DNA from: Candidatus Omnitrophota bacterium
GTDB lineage: Bacteria; Omnitrophota; Gorgyraeia; Zapsychrales; Zapsychraceae
Reading direction: 5' to 3'
Length of the DNA stretch: 64,000 nucleotides
Assembly: GCA_015233495.1 (NCBI GenBank)
Contig: JADFXQ010000002.1
Span: forward strand, 34,390-98,389
Part shown: piece after piece, positions 37,874 to 49,800 of the stretch
Layout: each line of letters opens with the position of its first letter
Position numbering within the stretch: the first letter of the stretch is position 1
The notes under the pieces: generated by a model
What the model was told of the DNA's origin: nothing
Database searches by the model: none
Seen by the model: only the letters and a program-made list of their open reading frames with translations
Program-made: the position numbers and the translations under genes

Positions 37874-40800
37874 GTGGATACTATTTTTATTATTAGTATT
37901 TATAAACATATCTTGAAACGCTTGGTGGCTTTTGTTGTTTTGTTGTGTTTTTTGCTTTTAAATGTCCGGCCGCTTGCCGCGGGAGGTTGGCCACAGCCGC
38001 CATCCGTGACCATTCTTGATTCTTCGCGCCCTTTTACGCCATTTTTACTTAAAGGCGTCACCATCGATCCGCGCAATCCTTTGCATTTTGATTTTATCTT
38101 TGATCCCGGTCAATCTTCGATGTCCACGAATCATTCGGAAAAAGAAGCGAGCCGCATCGTCAAATATTTTTTGGCGGCTTTGGCTTTGCCGGAAAAAGAC
38201 CGCTGGGTCAATCTTTCTTTGCAAGAGAGCGGCAGGATAATCCCGGAAATTTTTGGTTTGACTGATATGGGACGGGATATGTTGTCGCTGGATTTTGTCT
38301 TAAAGCAGTTGTCTGCCTCTTTGACTCACCCGGAACAAAAATTAGGGGCGGAGTTTTGGCGCCGCGTTTACGCGAAGGTCAAGAAAGAATACGGCACAGA
38401 TGAAGTTCCGGTTGACTCGGTTACCCGGGTATGGATCGTGCCGGCGCAAGCCGTGGTTTATACGAGCGGGCAAAGCGCTTTTGTGGCTAAAAGCAGTCTT
38501 AAGGTATTAGCGGAAGAAGATTATTTGGCGGGGAAACCGCAAGGACTTAAAGCTTCGGAACCAGATAGCCTCAAAGGTAAAAATACCGCAGCGGTGTTCA
38601 CGGATATATTTCGCGCGATTGTAATCCCGGAGATCGAAAAGGAAGTAAACACAGGTGACGCCTTTGCGCCATTACGGCAGATTTATAACGCCCTGGTCCT
38701 CGCTACCTGGTTTAAACAACAGTGCAAAGCCGGGACGTTGGGAAAGGGCTATTTCGGACAAAAGAAGATTAAAGGAATTGATGTCGCAAAAGACCGGTTT
38801 AAAGAAAAAATTTATGAACAGTATACGGAGTCTCTGAAAAAAGGCGTTTATAATTTCATCAGGGAATATAACGATCCTTTGACGGAGGAAACCGTTTCCC
38901 GTCAATATTATTCCGGCGGGATCGAGTTTACGACAGAGGTTGATCGAAAAGTTCAGTTTTTGCCTTTAGAGAAAGAAGTGTTTCTTGCCGTCCTGAGAAA
39001 ATCGTCTCCGGTGTTAGAAGGCGCTTCAATATATATTGATCCGATAACCAAGGAGGAGAAACTACCGCGTCCCAGGATGTCTTCGCCGGTCAAGCCTCCC
39101 GTATTGGACGACAGTTCTCGGCAAGCGTTAGAGGATTTGGGATTGTCTTATAAAGAATTCCAACGATTGACTTTCGCGCAGACCGGATTCGAAGAAGCAT
39201 TGTTTAACGCTTTTCCGGCTTTAAAATTAAATATATTTTCTTTGCGGACGCAGGAACGTTTTTCCCGCGCGGTGCGGTCGCTGACGCGGGAATTGCGTGA
39301 GAATAGCGTAGAGCCAAAAATCGCTTTAGGGTTCGCGATCCGGTTTGCGATTCAACAATTCTATCAGGATATTTTGCCGGAAAATCTTTCATCGGCGGAT
39401 AACCAACGTTGGAATCAGATTGTCTCTCAATATTTTCGCGATTTTCTTCCCTCCCCGGGCCCGCGGATACCGGAGTATGTAAAACGGAAATACAATTTTG
39501 ACGATAACATGAACGGGAGGGTTGCCCGCGCCTTGATATCGCGAACCCCGGTTGTGTTTAAAGCCGCGAAAAACAGCGATGGATTGTTGACAGATGAGCT
39601 GCGACGGCAGGCCGGCGAGGGCAACATTGATTTGAGCGTTGTTTGGGGACATCCTTCCACGGATGAACGGCAGTTGATCGGCGGCCGCGTGCCTAAGGAG
39701 GGTAAAGACGGTTTGGTTTTCGGTTATGGCGTTTTAACGGAGAAAATTGAAGCCGCGCGCAGTGATCCGGGGAAGAAATATGTTGTGCTGATCAAAAATA
39801 TCGAAGCCGTTGATCCGGAAGTCCGCTTGCTTTTGCAAGAAATGCTGCGGATTTCCGAATTGTCCCATCCGGGTTTGGGTCAGGTATATCTTCCCGAGAA
39901 TTTTCAGATTATTTTCACCATGGCGGAAACCGCGAATATCGAAGACGATTCTTTTTACGACCGGGTCAGCGTAAAAACAGTTCCCGCCGATCTAACTTTC
40001 AAGCCGAAAACCCTTCCCGGTGTAACGGCAGGCGTCACGGCGGAGAATTACCGTTCTGTCTTAACCATTAAAGGGTCAGCGGACAATCCGGTTTTGGTTT
40101 TACCGGGGACACAGATCCGTTTGAACCAGGAATTTCGCGGGATCACTACTGAAAATATGTTTTCTATGATTTATGAAAAAACCGGTCTCTTGCTTGATTT
40201 CGATACGGTTCGGATGTTGGTCGCCATGGCGAACGCAGTCAAGTCCGGAGAACCCATTCTGCGGCTAATTGGTCCTACGGGTGTGGGAAAAACATTCACC
40301 AGCCGCGGATTTGCTTTATTGCGGGGCTCGTCTTTTTTCGCGAACCCGGTAAGTCCCGGCACGGAATTCACGGATTTGATCGGCAGTTTTGAGCAACAAG
40401 ACAATCACTTGTTCGCGTTTAACGGTGAGACCACATTTAAGGAGCGATTGGAAAACGGCGGGGTGGTGGCTTTGAGCGAGCTTAACACTTTAGTTGACAA
40501 TAATCAAAAAGCGAGCTTGGCGTGGTGGTTGACCCAGATCAGCCAGACTACCCCGGACGCCGACGGTTATCGGACGATTTATCTTACCGAAGTTCCGGTT
40601 GCGCCCGGACAACCGCGGCCGAGCATCCGGATTCATCCGCAGTCCTTGATTGTTGTTGATGTGAACCCGGCAGTCTATGAAAGCCGCGCCGCTTTTCCGG
40701 ATGTCTTCGAGGAATCCACGCCCGAATTGACTATTGGTTCGTATATTAGCGCTATTGCCGCGGATAGAGCGGCGGATATCCATAAATTATCTCAAACCGC

Positions 40801-43800
40801 CCGGCAATTTTTAAGCCTGGGTGTTCGGATTCAAGGACGGATGATTCCGGGGATTAGTGATCCGGCACGTTTGGAAGTTTTGGCAGAGGCAATAGGGACT
40901 CGGTATTATGAAGTGGTTGCCGCGTATGATCAGCACAAGTTTGGCGGTAAAGATCAATTTCATTTTTCAAATCGAGAACTTAAACGCATAGCGGAGGATG
41001 TTTTATTATGGATGGAGCGCGGCTTGAGTTCGGACGCGGCGCTCGCGAAAGCCTTTACTCATCATTTGGTGGTGCGCTGGAACGCGCAAAATGACCGGGA
41101 TTATGCCGCGAATTTGATACCTGACGCGGAAGTTACGCTGGGTTTACGGGAGTTTGTGGAACATGAAGTTTTCGTTGCTAATCGGCGGGCGCATATACGG
41201 GTTGCGTCAGGGATAGATACTCAAGTCTTGATCGATGAAATTAAAGACGGCAGGGATGATGTTGTGGTTCGCATTATTAACGTGACCCAGGAATTGGACA
41301 GGTTCAAATTGGAAGGCGGCCGTGTGGTGAATGAAGACGGCCGGGGTTACGCATTTGCCGAGGGGTTGATTGGCCGGATGATTGCACAAGCCGAAACAGC
41401 GCCGGATAAAAAATTTCTTTATGTTTTTGAGAATATCCATAATCTGTGGCCGGAAGACGCGGTGGGTTTGAACGAAATTCTTCAGGAAGGGACATTGTCG
41501 GTGCGGGGCAGGGATACCAAGCGTAGTATTCCGGTAAATGCCGGCATAATGTCCATCAGCCGTCAGGACACGGACTGGACCTGGTCGGAAGCGGAGAAAT
41601 CCCGGTATGTGACCTATGTTTATGAACGGGATACTATTGGCGAACAAATTCAAAACCGGCTTAACGATTATTTTCGCGCTAATGGTCTTGAGCCGGCAGT
41701 CGCGATAGCGTTAAGCCGGATGTTTTGGCGTAGGCTCAAGGTGTCTATAGAATATATTCAGTCGAATAAAGCTTATCAGAACCGGGTGAGCGAGCGCTCC
41801 GCGCTTAAATGTATAGAACTATTTATAAAATTGACCGCGGAAAGACAGGAGGCCGGCGGCTTGAATGTGGCGGATTTGATCAATTTGTTTCGAAAGTCTT
41901 GCGATTTGACGTTTGGGATCAGTGTTCCGCGACGTGTTTTACTGGATAACTCACAGAGTCGGGTTGCAGCTGTTTATCAGAATTTATTTACGGTTTTTGG
42001 CGCTCTGCCGTTTGGCGCGCCGTTGAACGCAGTGACATCGCAAAAATCTGGCGGGGCGGAAACCGCGGCGGGCGAAGCTGAAGCCGGTAATGTAAATTTG
42101 AATGGGGAAATCGCGCTAGCGCTCGCTGCAGCCAAATTAGATTTAGAAATGGCGGATGCAGAAGACCGGTCAAGCGCTTTGCAGAAATTGAAAGAGGTTT
42201 TGGAACTGTCTGAGCATACCGGAGATTTGACGGGAGAGCCAACCGCGGCGCAAGATTTAAAAAATCTTGATGTAGTCAGGGCAGTATTGAAACAGAGTTC
42301 GCATAAGTTTCGGGGAAGTGTTACAGGGTTCGACGTTAATGAACACGGCGTAGTAGTTTGGACTAACTTAGATGAGATATGGATACAAAAAAATGATGGT
42401 AAAATCTTAACGACACGATTTCCTGGCATGATCAGAAATGTAAGGATTTCAGCGGATGAACTGGTGTACATTTCGGGTGAAAATACGGTTTGTGTAATCA
42501 AACAAGATGACCTGAATCATTTGATATCTTATCCCACATATTTAACCACTGATAATGTTGAAGCGATTCAACATTTGGTTATTAGTAATGGAGTAGTTGC
42601 CGCGGCTACCGCAAAAGGGGGGCTTTTATTGTGGGAAAAGGAAGGGAATCAATGGTTAGAAAAGATTAGATGGAAGGATGGTTTTCCAATAGAGCAATTA
42701 TTGTTATCAGGTGAAACTTTAGCGGTGAGGATGCGTAATGGTACTTGTCGCATTTGGCAGAAAAATGGCGGAGCTTGGGAACAGCAATCCGGATTGGTTT
42801 TGGGCCATTCGTCGGATAACCGCTTTAAGAACCGAATTTGGCAAATCGTTGCAAAGGTCAGGAGAATATTTTTGGGGGGAGATAAAGGATATATTCCTGG
42901 AGTGAGTCAGATAGCTTTGTCTGAGACTGAATTCGCGATTTTTACTCATTCCGGAGAAATCATTATGTGGGCAAAAGAAGTCGGGCAATGGCGAGCAGAG
43001 CCGGTTTTACGAACTTCGATTGAACCGGGTGTTTATAGGGTGGGGCATTTTGTTTTGAAAGACAGCGCTTTGGTTTATTGCAGTTTTAATGGGGAAGTAC
43101 GTTTATGGGGAAAACATGGCGACAAATGGATCAAAGAACCATTGATAAAAGACGATACTTTTGGAACGAATGTCCGGTTTTTTGATTTTAATAATGGGGT
43201 CTTGGCTATTGGCGGAAACGTGGGCGCCCTGAAGACTTCATCAGCCGAACCAAAAGGGGGCATCCGCGTCTGGGAACGGGAATTTAGTCTATGGGGACCT
43301 AAATGGCAGCTTCGAATCAAGGAAGATAATTTAGATGGTTTGGCGGATTTGAAGGTATCGAAAGGCGCGGTTCGTGTTCTTGCTGTGACCTTGAATGGGC
43401 AAATATTGAGTTGGGTTAATCAAATTATTAAATGGCAAATCGATCCAGTGAGAACGATAAAGCATTCGGGCCAGATTTTTGGGGCGCAAACGCACTCGGG
43501 TAATTTGCTGGTCGTGACTACCGACGCGGTCGATGTTTATCAACCTGGCATAGGGATAGTTTATGGGACAGCGGTAATGCAGTTTAACGGCGCTGAAGAT
43601 GTGCCTGTGAGTGATTTAGCGGATGAGGTAGTCCGAATGAGTGTAAGAGAACCGCCGCGTCCGGAAATTTTGGCACAGCAAGAAGCGCGGGCAAAACAGG
43701 AGATTATTTTGGGAGACGAAAAAAAGCGAGCGCCGGCTTTGCTTAAATTGGGGGAAACGTTGACTGCGGCGGAACAGGCTGACCATTTGGAAAAGGAAGC

Positions 43801-46800
43801 TGAGGTTGAATCGGCAACATTAGCGGATTTGGATGTGGTGGTTGGGTTGATGAGCGAATCGGGCCACAAGTTCGCGGGCAAAATCAAAGGATTCGAGTCG
43901 AATGAATATGGCGTTTTAGCGTGGAGCGATCAGAAGGAAATTTGGTTGAAGGACGCGAAGGGGGATATTATCGAGTATCAATTTGATCAAGAAATCAGAT
44001 ACGCCAGAATCGCTCGGGATCGATTAGTTGTCGCGGATATTGACAGAATTTATATATGGGAGAAAGATAATGGGGTTTGGCAGCGACGAGCTTTTGTTTC
44101 AGATTTGTTGCCGGGTTATACTAAGGGGCTGGCGATTTCGGATGACGGCGTAGTCGCGGTTTGCAACAGCTACGGACAAATTTATTTATTTAAAAAACAA
44201 AATGGGCAATGGAAAAGCGCGAATAATATAAAAGTATTTTTTGTTATTGGAATGATTTTTGATCGTTTAGAAAAATTTTTGCTTAAAACAAACGTGGGTA
44301 TGGTTTTATGCCGTTTTATTGAGAAATGGGATTTCAGAATGCGCAGTAACCGATCATTTGACAAAATATATTTCCGGGGCGAATTATTGGTGGTAGAAGA
44401 AGTGGTGGATTATGATGGAAAACAGTATTTTGGCGTTTTTGAAAGAAAAGACGGCCGCTGGGCGCGGGTTTTTAAAAGAAAATTCGATGGACCGATTAAA
44501 AATTTTGTTGTTTTGAAAAATGTCTTAACTGTGGTTGATAAGCAAGGTGTGGTTTTTTCAGTTAGCAAATCTGAAGGTAAATGGGTTATGAGAGAGAGGA
44601 GGATAGGATCCGAACAGGTTTTATACATATCTGAGGATGTGTGGTTATCGGCGATAGGTGAAGTGCAGTTGGTATATAAAGATGGGGATCAGCCTGAGCA
44701 ATATCTTTTTTTACCTGTTCGATTCGCGGAGGTTTCTTATGTGGCAAGAGACAAAGATTTTTTAGCTATAGGCACTAAATCCGGATCGATTTATTTATAT
44801 GAGAAAAAAGATTATTTGCCGATAGGAAATACAAGTCGGATGTCTGCATATCTGGAACCGCAAAACAAGTGGAGATTGGCAGGACAGGCAGATAACTTGG
44901 GAACAATTAAGGGATTAAACATTAAAGATGGAAAAGTAATTGTGGCAACGGAAGACGGAAGTGTTAAATGGTTTGGGGTTGGCCGCGGGATGGTTCATGA
45001 AGGAATAGTGCGCAATCTGAATGGCGAGGGCCAGATGGATCAGCGGAGTTTGAGTAAAAAAGTTACCCGGTTAAAGGTGAAATATGAAAGACATAATCAA
45101 ACCGGATCTCCGGAAGATCAAAAGTTTGAGCCGCTGGTTGGCTATGGGAACCGGCCGTTTTATTTTGGCGCGGATCGAGACGGAAATGTATATCTGAATT
45201 TTGACAATCGTTGGTATCGGACGCGGCACACTTTGACGCAGCCCTTTGATCACGCTCTGTTGAGCGGGCCCCGCACAGCGCCCGTCAATGGTCGGCCGAC
45301 GGAGATTTTTCCCGTCCGGTTAGACGCGGTCAAGCATCCGGACAGCCGGCTGGAGCGGTCTTTCACCAAAAAAGATTTTTTGATGACTACCGGGGATTTG
45401 ACGGAAGAAGAAAAAGCGGTTTTACTGAATTTTGAGATATCCCGTCAGGTTGATTTGGAAGGTCCTTCCGGAGCCGGGAAAACGAGCATTGGGAAAGAGA
45501 TCGCGCTTTTGCTCGGCCTGCCGGTTTTTGTGTTGCAGATGCACGGTCAGCGGGATTTATCGGATTTGATCGGTGCCTATCGCGAGGATGAACACGGCCG
45601 GTATTATCTTTCCATGAAACCCAAACCAGTAGCTAAGGATATTTTGGAAGCTGCGGTCGCGCCGGCATTGGTGAGTCGGTTATTGGAAAAAGGGGTTATT
45701 CGCGTTGATGACAAGGATCCAGAGGTTTACTACTGGGGGTATGGGATTTATTCTTTGGTTGATTTGGAAGAGCGTTTGGACGCTTTGGGCGGCATACTCG
45801 GCCAACCGGACAAAAAGGCGCTGCGTGCCTTGGTGCATTATCGTTTGCCGCTTTTGGAGTTTTTGACGTGGGGCGGGATATATATCGTGGATGAAGGCGC
45901 GATCGGGGAACAGGGTCAGGCTTTGATCAACTGGTTTAGCCGGATTGTGAACGGTGATTCCGAAATCAGTATTGATGATTTCACTGGACTCTCAATTCGG
46001 TTTAAGGTGCATACGGATTTTCATTTGATTATCACTAACAATTCTCCGGAAGACACGGCCGGCCGGGAGTTTTTGAAAAGCGAAATCGCGGCTAATATCG
46101 GGTTTATTTATGTCCCGGAAGATGATTCCCCGGACACTATTGAAGGTTTGTTGGAACATTTTTTACAAGATGAATTAGCCGGGACAGATGTCCGGGGAGT
46201 GAAAAGCGCTCTGCGTAAATTGTATTTGGATATCAAAGCGGCAGTGGGAACCAGCATCGGGACAGATAAAAAAGAGCGGTATTATATTTCCAAACGGGAA
46301 ATCCGCCGGGTGGCAGCCCGGCTATTGTTTGAATACAAAAAAGATCCGGAACATTTTGATTTTACTTATAGTTTTTATAAGGCTTTGCGGATTGTGTTTG
46401 AAGCCGCGTTTTCGCATGAACAAGAGAGACAATTCGTGATGGATAAAATTGTCACTCATTTGAAAGAGACATTTCCGGAACGGGCGCAAGCGATTGATCA
46501 ATTTAAAGCCAAGCTCGAGGCGGAAATTAACAATCGTTTTGCTTTTGCTTCAACTGAAAATGAGAAATGGGTTTTATGGGTGGCAGATGAACTTTTAAAC
46601 CAGGATGAGCCGTTGTTATTGATCGACGAACGCGGGGCCAGGACCAGAGCGATGTTAAGGCGATTGCAAGAAAACCGGGGCGCGGTATTCGATCTGGTCG
46701 ACGCGGTTCCGAGTCATACCAGTTTCGAACTTTTAGGAGCGATTCTGCCGGAATTTTCGGATAAGGGGATTGCCAAACCCGGGAGCAGGATGCGTTTTGT

Positions 46801-49800
46801 GAAAGGCCGGCTCATTGAACATCTGTTGACCAAAGAAGAAATGGAGCAGGCCGAGAGCCAAGGCGGAAAAAGTCAAGAGGTCATTGTCTGGATCAGGAAT
46901 ATCGATCAATGGAACGAAGATATCCGCAGTAGTCTCAACGGTCTTTTAGAAAACGGATATATTGACATTGAAACCAGCCGGGGTGAAACGATCCGGTATT
47001 ATAAACCGCGTCACGTGCGATTTATCGCCGGGATCAATGCCCAGAGCGGCGAGGATTTTTCCAGCGCGTTTTTCAACCGCTGGGTGAAAGTCGGTGTCCT
47101 GGCAGAACCGCGGCCGGATCAAAATGTTGACAAGGGAGAATCGGATTTTCAAAAGGTGTTGAGCGATGTTTATGAAATGGATTCCCGCGAGGCCTATTTA
47201 TTCGCGCGTTTGTTTTTAGAGACGTCCCGCCGGGAAGCTCAGAGACAATGGAGCGTTCAGGAGAGTTATGATTTAACTCCCGAGACATTTTACCTGATTG
47301 CCGCGGCGGTGCGGTTGGCGAAACAACAAAGTCCGCAGTGGCAAGCCATTTTGGCCGCGTTTGAACGGCAGAATTATGATCCGCGCCGGGAATCGCCGAC
47401 TAACGCGGCGCAACGCGATCTGGAGGCCGAGTATCGTCGTTTGTCTAACCGGATATTGACCCAGGAAATCGCCCGTTTGTTTTTACCGCGGTTTCGAACC
47501 GCTACTTCCGCTGATACCGGGGACCGCAAGCTGGTGGAAGATAGTATCCGGGCCGTTTTTAACCTTCAGGGGCCGATTACGCTGGATACGACAGATATTG
47601 TTTCACCCGATTTGTCAGCGGTCCCGGACAAGATCCGGCTGTATTACACGACAAAAATCCGGGAATATTTGAGCGCTCTACAGCGGGCGTCGCAGATGAA
47701 TCGCGGTATTGATATGTTGGGCGAATCAGGCGCCGCGAAAACCACTTTGGCCGAACATTTGGCTCACCGCACGGGGAGAAAGTTTTACAAATATCAGTCG
47801 CACGCGAAAAGTGAGGTGACAGATCTGACGATCGAGCTTAGTCAGACGGAAGACGGCGTCATTCAGAAGCGGTACAAGGAATTTTATGCTTGGCTGAAAA
47901 ATGGGAATGCGGTGATTGATTTTGACGAAGCCAACGCGGCGCCGCATATTTTATGGGCGCTGGAAGCGGTCCTGAATGGAGAGAGCGTTATTTATCCGGC
48001 TTTTCCGGGTGAGAAACCCTTTAAGATCGGTGATAATATCACGATTGTTTTTACTCGTAACCCCCTGCGTTATGCCGGCCGGCAACAGATTGAAAAACGG
48101 ATCACAGATAAAATGGTTGTCTTATGGATTGATTTGCCTGATCCGGAGGAAAAAGCGAAAATTGTTCAGACGTTTTACGGGGTTTGGGCCTTAGAGGAAG
48201 AAACGGCAGTCGCGCCGACTGAGGAACTACACCCGAAAGAGAAGGCCAATATCCCACATGAAAGCGATCTGCCGGTTTCGGACACTATTGATATGGACAC
48301 GGATATGAAGGAAGGCCGGGAGATACCGACTATGCAAGATGAAAAAAATTTAACCGAACCACCGGCGGTTTCCACTGCCCCTAAACCCGCGGCGCGCGGG
48401 GTATTCACGCCGGAACTTTATCCGCGGACTCGTCTGGGGGTCTATAATCGATTCGATGCGGCCACAGAAAAATTTTGGCTTGAACGAGGCGAGTATAAAT
48501 CCGTGCCAGTGACTCCGAAGACCGGGAGGGAAAGAACGATCATTGAGGAGACAAGAGATATTTTTCAGGGACAATATATTTTGCGTCTGGGACATGCCTT
48601 CAGCCGCTTGCCGTCGGCTGGAGCGGATATGGAGTTTATTGATTTGAGTGTGAGGGATACCGCGGGTAACTTGCTGGACATTCCGGTCGAGATTACGCGT
48701 GACAGCGCGGACAATTATTATATTCGGCAAAAAGACGCAGATGCTCCGGCAGCTGAGGTTGAAATCCGTTACACAGTCACAGTAGCGAAAGAATATTTCG
48801 GGAAGATTATTCCCAATAACCCGGACATTGGACCGGATATCCGCGAGACCATGACTGTGATGGGTCTCACCCCCAATAACCCGGACATTGGACCGGATAT
48901 CCGCGAGGCCATGACTGTGATGGGTCTCACCGGAAAGGAACGGGATTTCCGGGAGGTTTTATATAAAATGATCGCGTTTACCCGGGATTTTAAATTAGAA
49001 AAAATAACCGCGGAAGGACCAAGTAAATTTTTACGGATTTTAAGATCGGGTGCGGGTGTTTGCCGGCATGGGGCGCAGATATTTGCCGCAACGGCTTGGG
49101 CGATCGGAATGCCGGCCAGGTTAGTCGTTTCCGATATTCATGAATTCGTGGAAGTGGAGGTTCCGGGAATCGGCTGGATGCAAATTGACCTCGGCGGGGG
49201 CGGCGATCCCGCCAACATGGATTTGAGTCCGCTGGCGAATGAGCGGCATAATCCGGCGTATGCCAATGATTTTCCCGAGCCGGAAAATTATAAACAAAAA
49301 AAGGAGTTGTATCGGGACCTATATGAGAAGGCGATGAAGGATCAGGGGATTAAACCGCCGGTATCTCCCCGGCCGAATCGCTCCGGCGAAACGGGCGCGG
49401 CGGATAACGACGCGGCGATAGGCGGTCATTTTGATCCGAAACTGGAAGGGGAGCGCATTGACGCGGCTTTGGCAAATTTGATCCGCGAACAGGGGGCGAC
49501 GCTTAACCAGGATATTGAAAATTCGTTTCAGAGCGGCACGGTCATCGCCGAGCAAGTATTCGAACGGATGAAGCGGGCTATTGAAGCGGGGATCCGTTAT
49601 AAACGGGAAATGAAGAAAAATGGGTTGGAGATTGATCCCGTGGCCTGGATGCTGCGCTTACCGAATCCGTTTGTCAAGCGGACACGGGTTACGAAATTGC
49701 AGACCACCGCAGTGGCGGTTTTGTTTGACGCGAGCGGCAGTATTAGCGTTATCCGTGAGCCGGTCACTTACGCGATCGCCGTTACCGGAAAGAATTTTCA

